A stretch of DNA of 64,000 bases from the human T2T-CHM13v2.0 reference genome, Homo sapiens, in assembly GCF_009914755.1 (NCBI RefSeq), contig NC_060947.1; one strand, 5' to 3'. Positions 31,082 through 43,290 of this stretch are shown here, in pieces (position 1 is the first letter of the stretch; every line of letters starts with the position of its first letter). The notes beneath the pieces were generated by a model. That model did no database searches, was not told where the DNA came from, and saw only the letters and a list, made by a program, of their open reading frames with translations. Position numbers and translations under genes: made by a program.

Positions 31082-32679
31082 GTATATAAGGTGACTATAC
31101 TATGAAATCTATATGCTAAGTACAAGGTCTTGTGTGTTAGTTTGGTTCAGCCAGCAGAATTCTTTAAAAAATTGTTTAAGTTAATCTAATCAGTTTCCGA
31201 ATATCACATTTGCTTACTTTTCCATAGTTATTTAAAAAACGATTAGGGATGTCTTCTTAACATGTTTTGAATGAAATTTTTATGTTAACTTATGACATGT
31301 GAAAGTGAGTAAATTAATAAAAAGCATGATGATACACAAATTAATGCATGTAGTGACTAGTTGAATGGGAAGATCTTGCATTGGGTACGTCCACCCATCA
31401 CCGTCGAAGAGAAATTTATCCTCTAATCCAAGAACTTCAGAGAGGATGATTCTCCATCATCTATTTGAGGCAGACAGATTTGCATTTATTAACATAAACT
31501 GCCCATGGCAGAAGTTTGAGCCCCTTGTCTCTTGCTCAGTCATTAGGGGAGATAGGAGCCACTCTTCTCTTGTTATTCAGGAAGTAGATACAGTATGTGC
31601 TGGAGTTCACCATCTGCCTCCCAGTTCCTTAGTTCCTGCAACTCTCCTGCAAGAGTTTCATTTCCAGTGCCCTCCTTAGACCTTGCTGTCCACTTGGCAT
31701 TTGACTGATTGAATCCCAGATGACCTTTTATGCAGGAGTTGCATTAGATCCATGTTGAGTACAGCAAAGCACAACTTCTCCTATTTAACTATTATGCCAT
31801 TTTGCATTCTTCTCTTGAAAAAAAAGGGAAAAGCCATACAAACACCAATATTCCCTGCAGTTACATTGAGTAGGTAGGAAAGACTTCCTTAATAAACCCC
31901 CCAAAAGACAGCACATCACTTTTGTATCTCAACCAACATACAAAATGCAGATTATCAACTTTATGCCTTTTTATTTTGGTCCTATACTATTTTTCTTTTA
32001 TGTGTAAACTTTTATATTTGATTTTATACTGTAGATAAATCATATGCTTTCCAATGTCTGATCTGAAGGGTCCCTTGAGCTCCATATGGATGGAGGAGAT
32101 CAGGACTAAAGTTTTGGAAATCTTGACCATTTATTTCAGGAAGAAGTACTAGATTGAATTCACCTATATGAAATGGACATTGTATCAAACTGGAGATGAT
32201 ACACCTATTTGTGCAGTGACAGATATACCCTGATGTATGGGACATTGGTGTTACTTCTAATCCTAACAAAGAATTCCCTTTCTGGGACTAGTGACAGCAG
32301 AATATCTCTGTGCCACTCCACAATGGTTCAGGAGAGCATGAGAATAACGCTCCAAAGGCCACATCCCTGAAGTAACACCTAGCATTTTATATGGCCAGCA
32401 GAGAGTCGTAGCCACCCCCAGGTGATACAATTATTGCAACTCTTATCTATCTTAAAATTCTAGCTTTAGCTGAAATACTGGAGTCTCGCCATCTCTGTTG
32501 GTCAGATGTAGGAGTAACTTGCTCACCAGCATAGCTTCAGGGAGACTTTAGGGTACCATTGTGCCCTGGAGTTACACTGAGTAAGTGAAGAGGCTTTCTT
32601 AATTATTAACAGTGGGTGCCTGTTTAAGGGGATATCTACCTATCTATCTAGCATATGTGATATAAAAATAAAACACCTA

Positions 32680-33250
32680 TGTTTTATATTATATATTAAT
32701 ATTATATAAAATAATTATATATTTATATATAAATAAATATATTTTATTTATATATAAATTATTTTATAATAATTATGTTATATGTATATAACATATATAA
32801 GTATATATTTATATAATTATAATTTCTATATAAATTGTATAATTAAAATTTATATATAAAGTATATAAATATATAAATATATAATTATATAAAATATATA
32901 AATTTTATATAATTATATATAATTATAAAATTTATAATTATAAATTATATGTAAGTATATAAATATAAATAACATGATAATAAATATATAATTATATTAA
33001 TTAAATTTAGAAATATTATAAAACATAATTTACATGTATACTTACAAAATTATAACATTCTATATAAATTTATATAATATACGTATAAAATATATAATTT
33101 TATATATGTGTATATAAAAATATATACACATATATAATATAAAACATATATACATATATGTGTGTGTGTTATATATAATATAAAACATATCTATGTTATA
33201 TTTAATGAGCCTAATGCTTCCAAAAGTATAACTTTCATATATATATAGTG
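32680..33250. repeat. AT-rich (TA)n-derived low-complexity block
   Basis: ~570 bp composed almost only of A/T. Confidence 0.95.
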
Positions 33251-34829
33251 ACTTCATAGCACTTTGCTCCAGTATTCTGTCTGAGTGTACCTACCTTGTA
33301 GAAGAAAAGGCAAAGCGAAATGAACTAAAATGACAAGGATTTGGTGAGGCAAGCTGAGGTTCTAACTCCATTGTAAAGTTAAGGAACAGTGAGCACTCCC
33401 TGTACGGCCAGTCCAGGATGAAGTGTTTTGGGTGGAATTCCTCATTCTTCCACAGCAACCCCCTACTATTATCCATTATCACCTCTGACTTAGTGGCAGA
33501 GGATCCCAGTGAGAAGCCAGAGACTTGGGTTTCAAACCAACTCGCTTAAGTCAGGACCTAGAAGCAAGAACTTTAGCACTTAGTCCTATGCTGTGGCACC
33601 TCACTCACCTGAGACCTCGAATTCTGCTTTCATGTTTGAAACCCTTCTCTCTCTGCACTTTGTAGCTCAGTGCCTGACTCTTAATAGTAGCTTAGTGCTT
33701 GTTTGTGGGCTAAATAAATGGAATGACAGAACTTTCTAGAATTTAGGCTTCCTCTGCAACCCACATCCACACTTGACAGAGGAAGGAGCCAGATTTTTGC
33801 ATTTCCAAGGTTTCTTCTTTGGGACTGCAAAAGGTCTGGTTAGGAAGCCCTCACATTGATAAGCTTGTTCTTGTTATCTCCAGTTAAATAACAAAGTGCT
33901 CTTGAAATGGCTTATTTTCTATATTTGTTTCCTTCAGAAAACAAAGGCAGAAAGCTTTGGAGATAGAACATTTCATTTACAAGCTATAATGCAGCTCACC
34001 ATCGGCAATTCAAAACTATCACTCTATATAAATCAGTGTCATTATATCTTGAGAACCTTCCTGAGAAATAATATTTGCAGACCTCTAATTTATAATAGAT
34101 TGCTCTGAAAGCAAAAATAATACAGCAGCATTTGTTCTCATGGGAGATTTCTGTTCACAGTGTTTAGGAGGGAAACATGTTAGACCTTTGTAGGATCAAT
34201 GTTATAAAAAATTAAATGTCGAATGGGCTCTGGGATTTACAAATGAGATTCTGGCTTAAGACCTGAGTAGTATGGGATCCAGACTGTATCTTTTGGGAAA
34301 GAATGGGCTAAAAGGAAATTAGAAATCTGACCATTTCTCAGGAAGTTGAGCTAAATATTCTACCATGCATACGTGCATGGCAGCCTCAGCTACTTTCTCT
34401 TGTACTAATCCCAGCCCAGTTGTATAGGGCACTTTAATGAAAGTGATCACTCTAGGCAATGAAGAAGAAACTTGATGAGGACATGTTAAATATCATGGTC
34501 ATTTGAAATATTGGAATTTGGAGGAGATATCCAGGGATAAGTATTAAGATGGGGAAGGATGCAGGATATTTCAGTTGAGAGAATCTGCATAATAAATGCA
34601 GCTGTAAATTTGTCTGGAGTTAAAAATAGGCAAGAGGAGAAGCTGTAAGTAGGATGTAGCTGGCCTTGGCTTTGGGGATAAGAGCTGTCCCTGAAAAACT
34701 CTGTGACACCCCAGCCTTTAGCACACAGCCCGTGTAAGGTGGGCACTTCATAAACCCATGTTGAATGAATGCATGAGGAAGTCTAGGAGTCAAAACTGCA
34801 TTTGAAAGGCATTTAAAAAATTAACAGAA

Positions 34830-35089
34830 GGAGGCTGAGGCAAGGGGATTGCCTGAGCCCAAGAGTTTGAGACCAGCCCGGGCAACAAACTGAGACCCAA
34901 TCTCTACAACGAATACAAAAAAAAAAATAGCCAGGCATGGTGATACTCACCTGTAGTCCCAGCTACTTAGGAGGCTGAGGTGGGAGGATCACTTCAGCCC
35001 AAGAAGTAGAGGTTGCAGTGAGCCATGATTGTGACACTGCACTTCAGCCTGGGAGACAGAGTAAGACCCTGTCTCAAAAACAACAAAAA
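34830..35089 (+). mobile_element. 5'-truncated AluJ-like element
   Basis: ggaggctgaggcaagggg...cccgggcaaca...gtctcaaaaacaacaaaaa. Confidence 0.92.
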
Positions 35090-35735
35090 TAATAGACTAT
35101 TTTTGAGCAGTTTTACATTTACATAAAAACTGAACAGAAAGTAAAGAGTGTTCATACACTCTCCCCTGCACATAGTTTCCTTATTATATATATTATGTAT
35201 TCATGTGGTATATTTGTTACAATTGAGCCAACATTGATAAGCTGTGATTAACTGAAGTCCATAGTTTCCATTAGGGTTCACTCTTCGTGTTGTATGTTCT
35301 GTGGGTTTGGACAAAGGTATAATGGCATGGATCCACAATTACAGGATCATACACAGTAGTTTCACTGCCCCCAAAATCCTCTGTGTTCCGCCTCCTCATC
35401 CCTCCTTTCTCCCAAGCCCACGGTAATGACTGATCTGTTTAAGGTCTCTATAGCTTTGCCTTTCCCAGAATGTCCCATAGCTGGGATCATACAGTATGTA
35501 GCCTTTTCAGATTGACTCCTTTCACTTAGAAATATCTTAAGATCCTTCCATGCTTTTCATGGCTTTATAGCTCATTTCTTTTTAGCTCTGAAATAATCTT
35601 TCATTGTCTGGATGTACCACAGTTTATTTATCCATTCAACTGCTGAAGGGCAGTTTCATTGCATCCAAGGTTTTGACGATTATAAATAGACATGGTATAA
35701 ATATTTGTGTGTGGGTTTTTGTGTGCACATGAATT
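35090..35735 (-). mobile_element. Old L1 (L1MA/MB-like) 3' UTR
   Basis: gagcagttttacatttacat...tccatagtttccattagggttcactct...ggatgtaccacagtttatttatccattca. Confidence 0.85.
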
Positions 35736-36589
35736 ATTATGGGAGACACATTTTTATAGGAAATTTCTTTGCAGCATTTTCTTTGTGCAGATACTTCTAC
35801 ATATAGAAAGATGAATTTTGTTTCAAAGGAGGGTGTATGGTCATATGCCCTTTACTAAATACTAACTACAATACACGGAAGCAAATTCCTAAGTCCTCTG
35901 CTACCTGCCTAATCTGTGTTATTTTACACAGAGGTTGTTGTATGAGCAAAAGGGGGCATTTTTCTTTCAAAGTATAAACGGGGGTTATAGCGCCTTATTG
36001 TTTCCTTCTATTTCAACTCATTAAGCTAATTACCATTTTCAAAGTAATTAGGCTTAAATTAGTGTCTCAGCCAAACAACCCCAAGCCCGAGAGCACAGGT
36101 GGTTTGCTTAGCTGCACCAGATAACACCATAATAAATGTCTGCCTGATCATGATTTATCATGGGAGACAAATTGCTAAAATGGCCCTCGGGTGTCTTATT
36201 TTTTGGTTCTGAGTATGACATTTACATATATGGTGTGGGTTCTGGGAATGTTTATCATTTGAGTTAAAAATTGAGAAACATTGAACATACTCTAGCCCGT
36301 GGCACTTGCAATCAAATAGCAAAAATATGCCTTGCCACAAATGACTTGGTTGTTGCTTTTGCATCAGAAATCATCTCTGCCACCTCCATGGGCATCTCAC
36401 TCTGCAGTCCTTCTCCTTCCCCTTTTCGGGACCAAGTGGGTGTGAGTGCAACCTGGAGCGAAGGGTCTGGCACTGCAGGGTGTGATCTACCTGCTGGATA
36501 GGATGTATTCCAAATCCTATATTTAATTATTTCGACTGCAGAGGATGCCTGCGGCCATTGTAGAATATCAGTTGTTGTGGACATCCTAG

Positions 36590-37310
36590 TGTGACTAAGA
36601 GCCCACCCAAAATTTGATTCCCATGTCTAGACCAGTGACAGCATGCACACACTAAGAGGATATGAAAAGGCTTATTACTCATATAATGTGGCTTTCTGAG
36701 GAGAGCAGGTGATATGGTTTGGCTGTGTCCCCACCCAAATCTCATCTTGAATTGTAGCACCCATAATTCCCACGTGTTGTGGGAGGGACCCGGTGGGAGA
36801 TAATGGAATCATGGGGGAGATTTTCCCCCATACTGTTCTCATGGTAATAAATAGGTTTCGCGAGATCTGATGGTTTTATGCGGGGTTTCTGCTTTCGCTT
36901 GGCTGGCTCTCTCTCCTGCCTGCTGCCATGATTGTGAGGCCTTCCCAGCCATGTGATACTGTAAGTCAATTAAACCTCTTTTTATAAGTTACCCAGTCTC
37001 GGGTGTGTCTTTATTAGCAACGTGAGAGCAGACTAATACAGCAGGTTACTAAACCAGTACAAAAAATAGCTTGAGAGAGCTTGGAAAAGAAACGGATTCT
37101 GCTGTTATGGTGATTAGTACTTGGGGCTGGGATAAGGGTCTCTTGCATGCAGACAGGGGCTTGCATAGTTCCAACCTCCCACCGGCGGTGAAGGAGGGAG
37201 CGCCCAGGATTTCTTATCAGCCTGCGTGGCACGAGCAGAAGAGGGAGAGATGAGGCTTAAAAACTCTTAGCACTCAAACATTAAGAAATGGAGTCAGGCT
37301 CTAATATACC
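36590..37310 (-). mobile_element. Older LTR-like element hosting the THE1 insertion (family not assigned)
   Basis: LTR-like ends (tgtgac... / ...aaatggagtcaggctct...acca). The sequence reads continuously across the THE1 TSD. Confidence 0.4.
36710..37040 (+). mobile_element. THE1 (MaLR) solo LTR
   Basis: tgatatggtttggctgtgtccccacccaaatctcatcttgaattgta...gactaataca. Perfect 5-bp TSD GCAGG (36705-36709, 37041-37045). Confidence 0.95.
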
Positions 37311-38729
37311 AGTCAAAGCCTAGCAGTATGCACTGACTTATTAAATTAAATCAGCAGCATATGACTATGTAGAGCCCTGTGGAAATTGTACATTGTCTAC
37401 CTCTAGTTTGCCCATCATTGTCTTCTGATTTGAGAGCTGAGTGATAGCTTCCTAATCAGAAAGTCCATGTTTCAGCTCCTTCTTCAAACTTCAACTTTCC
37501 TCTGTTTTTTTCTTGCAGAAAATTATAAGCATATGCAGAAATGAAATAGTACAGTTAAACCTCCATATGCCCTTCACTCATATTTAACAGTTATTAACTC
37601 CTGGCTAATCTTGTTGAATCTATATCCCATACTCATTTATTCTCGCCCTGCATTCTTTTGAATAAGACAGCAGCTATCATGTTCCTCACCACCTCCATTT
37701 CATCTACGGGTATTTCAGGATATATCTCTACAAGATTTTTTTTCTCTGGTGTACTTTTTACTCCTCTGATTCTCACTGAGTCTATCTATTCACCTGTTCA
37801 GGATTTGAGCATTTTGAGTTTTCAATCAGATTTAATTCTTACTTTCTGATTCTTCCACTTCCTAAGTATCTGAACTTGAACAAATCGGCCTTTTACAGCA
37901 TTGTTGCTCTACCCATAAAATGAAGCTAGTGCCATTTACTCATAGGGTTCAGTGTGGTCTAAACAAGATAATATGTAATAAAATTCTCTACATGTAGACA
38001 GTGCTCAACAGAGGGTAGCAATTATTGTTATTATTATTGTTGTTGCTATTATTTTTTGAGGGGTTATCTGGAGGTGGTATACAATGTTAGTTCTGGGGAA
38101 AGAAGGTGAGGTCAGGAGGAATGTTGATATTTGTGATGGACGGTTTAGACTTGGAGAATAACTCCCGGTTATTCCTCTATCAATGAGGAATATTGATATT
38201 CATGTGAGGGATAGTTTAGATTTGGGTATCTACTGTAAGTATTAAAAGAGAATATTCTCATAAAATATCTATATACATATTTGTTCACATAAGAGGAACA
38301 TCACTGGTTTAGTTTTCCCATCCAATAAAGAAAAATGATAGACTTCTTTATAGCCTTAGAGCCAACACCAGCTGGTGAGAACAACCTTTCAGCTTCTTTC
38401 TTCTGGCACCTGCCTCCAAGTGGCTCTCCATCAATGAACCTGGTACTTTTAGAATACTTTCTCAGGTCTCCCTGCAGAATCACTTCATGATACCCAGAGG
38501 TTCAAATGGTGCTTCTAAATGGCACTCAAGTCAATGAATCTTGGTGTCTATTCTAAGAAGCCAGCCACAGCCAGTCTTGATTGCATCACGTCTCATGCTG
38601 GGATAAACTCCAATATGTAAGAACGTTTACTTCCACCTTGAGAAATTAGCCACCCACTGAGTAGGGCAACCATCTCCATTTGCTTTATGAATATGCATTA
38701 TTTTTAAATGGAGTCTTTTTCCCCTCCAG

Positions 38730-38867
38730 GGCAGATCTTGAACCTTCTGGATGAGCTGAGATTGGCTAATGATACCCTCATCTACTTCACATCGGACCAG
38801 GGAGCACATGTAGAAGAAGTGTCTTCCAAAGGAGAAATTCATGGCGGAAGTAATGGGATCTATAAAG
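38730..38867 (+). CDS. STS: Steroid sulfatase internal coding exon (classical exon 7, 138 bp, phase 1 to phase 1)
   Basis: Acceptor ctttttcccctccAG (38728-38729) and donor AAG|GTGAGA at 38868. Translates (G)[45 protein letters not shown](G), with the sulfatase FTSDQG metal-binding motif (D342/Q343) and the NDT sequon. Confidence 0.98.
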
Positions 38868-39155
38868 GTGAGAAATGCTGGGATGGAGAAGCTCTGGCCT
38901 CTCAGCTCATCCGCTGGTCACTTTTTTCTTGATTTTCGAGCTTTTCCATAGTTCTTCTGCTACTTTGCAATAGGTAGGACTTCCTTGTGTCATGGAGACA
39001 GTCAGAAGGCCAAAGTGACCATTTCTGTTCTGGTTCCCACAGAATTTAAAAGCCCACATCTTGTGTCAAGACATTAGAATGAGAGTATGTATCTCCAAAT
39101 GTAAATGCAGCCTCATATAATGTAACTGATTAAAACAAGAATTCCTCTACACCTA

Positions 39156-39663
39156 TGTGTAGATTTCCTGTCACTACTGTAACAAATTGACACAAACTTA
39201 TGGGCTTAAAACAAATTTATGAACTTACAGTTCTAGAAGTCAGAAGTTCAAGATGGATATCTCACTGGTCTGAAATTGAGATGTCTGTAGGGCCTTCTAC
39301 AAGCTCTTGGGGGGAATCTGTTTCCTTGGCTTTTTCAGCTTCTGGGGACTTCCCACTTTCCTTGGCTCATGGCCCCTTCTTCCATGTGGAAAGCTAACAA
39401 TTCACTGTCTTCAAACCTCCGTGTCTGTGTCCGACCTGTGCTTCCATAATCTCATCTCCTTCACTTACTCTGACACCCCTGCCTCCCTCTTATGAGGACA
39501 CTTGAGATTACGTTCGGCCCACTTGGATAATCCCACATCATCTTCCCATCTCAAGATCATGAACTTAATCTGCAAAGTGTCTTTTGCCATGGGGTGTAAC
39601 ATATTCACAGGTTACAGGGATTAGGACGAGGGCATCTTTGGGAGACCGTTATTCTGCCTACGT
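39156..39663 (-). mobile_element. MLT1 (MaLR) solo LTR
   Basis: ctgtaacaaattgacacaaact...cagttctagaagtcagaagt...atctcaagatc...gggattaggac...ttattctgccta. Confidence 0.85.
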
Positions 39664-41029
39664 GAACCCACAATAGTATTTTGAGCTAACACTTTTCAAA
39701 AATTTTTTTTGCAGCATTAGCTGAGCCACTTTCATGGTGGATTGGGCATCATGCTAGTCATTGGAGATATTTGATGAGACCCAGCTACTGGCTTGTATAG
39801 TGTATGCTCTGCCAATATAAGATAGACATATATATTGTCTAATATATACATTTAGACATATCTTATGTACTTATACATAGCTAATATTTAATGTCTATAT
39901 ACATTAGACATATCTAATGTCTATCTTATATGACAGACATTACATGACACACAACGTGGCCCATTTCATAAAGTGATATGATACCTAAAAGGGTGTATTT
40001 GTGCTAAGGGTTAGGACTCCCCAGCCAAATCTGCAGTGGATATGGGTTGAAGGTACAAGAAGAGATGACGCCTTAACCAAAAGGGGAGGGTGAATCACAG
40101 TTTACCTGCAAAGATATGAAAGGATGATATAGGGAATGCTTTTATCTATCAATTTGTTTAGAAATATTGATTATCTTCTGTGTGTCTTGCATTGGGCCAG
40201 ACACAACAGTAAATATATAACATGGTGTCTTCCCTGAAGGAAGTCATGTTGAACTGGTAGGTGGGTGGGTAGATGATGACGTGAAGCCTGGGAAGACCCA
40301 GTACAATTTGACAAGGGCGCTAACACTTGCATGCACAAGATACTAATGGCACAAGGGGAAAGAGAGCCTCACTTGGCTGAGGGGTTCCCAGGAATGTTTG
40401 CAAAGGAGACACGGCTAGAAAGGAGGTCACCAGTGGGTCTGTGCCTCTGCTTTCTTTCCCCTTCTGTCTCTTTCTGCTCTTCCAACCCCTTGCTCTCTTT
40501 TGTCATGCTGGAAAGAAGGAGAAGCAGCAAATAGCTTGTTCTGCAAACTGCAAGGAGCTCAGTAAGGCCAGATTACACCATACCTGAGGCAAAGAGAAAT
40601 AGTCCTCTGTAGTCTATCCCTGCAGCATAAGGCTGCAGGTAGCTTATGAAGCCTTATGCTTCTAGTTACGTCTCTGTGTGCACATCTGGAGCCCTATGAC
40701 CGGCTGAGCACCCATGGGCAGGAACCGTCTCCTACACCTTTTGTTACCTGGCACCTAGCACAAAAAGATGCCTGTTAGGTGCATCTGGACAACCTTCATA
40801 GGCTGCTCAGACCTCCTCCCAGCCCCTTCCTTTAGGTCTCATTGTTACCTTGCTCAATGCAGGGCACATAATCAATATGTAATGTGGGTTTGATTAATGA
40901 ACCGGTGTGTTTAATCTGAACAGGATTAACCCCAGTAGGCTATCACTCTTTCAGCCCTTCTCTGTGTGCCATGTTACTTTAAAAGTAGTAAAAAGTGGAA
41001 ACATGTATTCCTAATATATGAAGACTTGG

Positions 41030-41801
41030 TATTACCGGGCTGAACTGGGGTCCACTCACCCAGCGCAGTAAGGCCAAACATCCACACCGAGGTTTTGCAG
41101 TGGGAGAAAGGAGGGTGTTTATTTGCAGGGTTCCAAGCAAGTAGAATGAGGCCTCTCTCACTTAAGATTCCACTTCCCCAATGGTTTGCAAGCAAAGGTT
41201 TTTAAAGCCTGGGAGGCAGAGGCTACAGGCAAAGTCATAAGTCTATACATGGAGATTATACATTGGTTTGACCTAAAAAGGCAGGACATCCCAAAGAAGG
41301 GCGCCCACAGGTTATAGGTGGCTTCAAAGATTCCCTGATTTGCGATTGGTTTAGGAAGTGAAGCTTTGTCTGAAAATTTGGGGTCAGCAAAAACAAACAT
41401 GATATCTGGCCTGTGGGCGTGGCTTCCTCCAGGCCCCTTGGGAAGAAATTTGGAACAAAGAATGTCAGTCAGAGTTCAGTCCTCAGTTCCTCTTTACCTG
41501 GAGCCTAGGTGCCAGCAGATGGCATTTTCCATTTGGAAGGGGTCCACTTTCTGAAAAACAACTATGGGACATATGTTAAAGTGTTATCTGTAGTTATTAC
41601 AGGGAACCAAACATTTTATGGCTCTAACTTCCTTGTCTATTATTTTACTCTATGATTACCTTCTTGCTTATCAGTTGCTCATTTACTTTTCAAAGCTAGC
41701 TAGGTGCCTGGAATTTTCTTTGAAGGAACTCAAGATTTTTCCTTATTTCCCTGCCTGGGGGAGTCCAGCAGGCCCCTAAGAGGGGTCCCTGCTCCATCTC
41801 A
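41030..41801 (-). mobile_element. ERV1 solo LTR (MER66-like)
   Basis: The minus strand begins tgagatggagcagggacccctcttaggggcctgc. 4-bp TSD TTGG (41026-41029, 41802-41805). Confidence 0.8.
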
Positions 41802-42699
41802 TTGGTGTTTCAGTCTTATTTTCACAAGGCTATAACCTGTGTGGATAGAGTTGTTTTTATTTCATTTTGTAGATGCCAGTGTCCCTAAAGACTGGAGTTC
41901 CAGGCTGCATTCCACGCTCTAGTTCATCCATTCATTCATTCTCTCTCTTAGTGCCTGTTCAGTTCCAAAATAGCTTAGCAGCTGCCGAGGAGGAGACGTG
42001 TACATCAATCACAATTCTAGAAGTGGTTGGAGAGTAATAGTTACTTAAGAAAGTTACCTATGGAAGGCTATAGAGCCCCAGGGCAGGGAGAGGGGACCCC
42101 TGACTGACAATCCCGGGGAAGTTTCATGGGACAGAGAAGGAGCTGCATCACGTTTTGCACAGATAGTTCACCAGGGTTCAGAGACACGAGAGGTATAGAT
42201 CAGAAAGGGAGCCTCAATGGTCTTGAATAATGGTTGGGAACCCCAGTTTTATCATACAACCCTGCAAGCATGTCAGGAGCTACTCCATAAATTTCTTTTT
42301 TTTTTAAAGAAATGTATTTGATGTATTAGAAATGTTTTGCTTGCATGCTGGAGAGACCATGAATGTGTAACATGATTAATGTCTCAGCCACCGCTCTATT
42401 GCAAAGTATTATCCTTTTGTCAACTTATTTGAAATCAAGTTCACAGTGAAACACTGTTAAAATACAATGCCCTAAAAGGAAGATGGGGTTTCCTTCTAGT
42501 TATGGGAAGTAGGCTTCTGAGTGTCAAGTGTCAAGATATCTTGTTCTCTAGAGCTGCAAACTCGAACACATACCTGTGGTTTACGCAGACACAGAGAAAT
42601 CATAGGATTTAACACCCTGTTTAAAATAGCATCCTTTCTAAACAATGATGACTTCTACTGTCCATCAAAACCCTTCAAAGGACTTTGCTATTTGAACTT

Positions 42700-42764
42700 T
42701 TTTTTTTCCTTTTGAGAGAATCTCGCTCTGCCACCCAGGCTACAGTGCAGCGGAGCCATCTCGG
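42700..42764 (-). mobile_element. Severely 5'-truncated Alu (65 bp)
   Basis: Poly(T) + gagagaatctcgctctgccacccaggct...ccatctcgg. Perfect TSD tatttgaactt at 42689-42699 and 42765-42775. Confidence 0.9.
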
Positions 42765-42831
42765 TATTTGAACTTAATGATTCTACTGTATTCCCAAGTC
42801 AAATCTGTTTCCCTGGTGAAATCTATGGGCT

Positions 42832-43290
42832 TCATCAATGACAGAGTGGATAAAGAAAATGTGGTATATATACACCATGGAATACTGTGAAGCCATAAAA
42901 AAGAATGAGATCATGTCTTTTGTAACTTGGATGGAGCTGGAGGCTATTATCCTTCGCAAACTAATAATGCAGGAACAGAAAATCAAATACCACATGTTCT
43001 CACTTATAAGTGAGAGCTAAATGATGAGAACTTATGAACACATAAAAGGAAACAACAGAGACTGGGGTCTATTTGAGAGGGGAGGGTGGGAGGAGGGAAA
43101 GGAGCAGGAAAGATCACTATTGGGTACTAGGCTTAATACCTGTGTGATTAAATAATTTGTACACCAAACCCCCATGACATGAGTTTACCTATGTAACAAA
43201 CCAACCTTCACGTGAATCCTCAAACCTAAAATAAGTTAAACATAAATAAATAAATAAAATAAAATATACCAGACTTCTTGTTAAAAAAAA
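42832..43290 (+). mobile_element. 5'-truncated L1 (L1PB/old L1PA-like) 3' end with a short 3' transduction
   Basis: gtggataaagaaaatgtgg...catgttctcacttataagtg...acctaaaataa. Perfect TSD aaatctatgggct at 42819-42831 and 43291-43303. Confidence 0.92.

Noticed and set aside
42838-43020. ORF similar to the L1 ORF2p C-terminus
   Set aside because: The homology is real, but it is only the tail of a 5'-truncated dead L1, not a gene.
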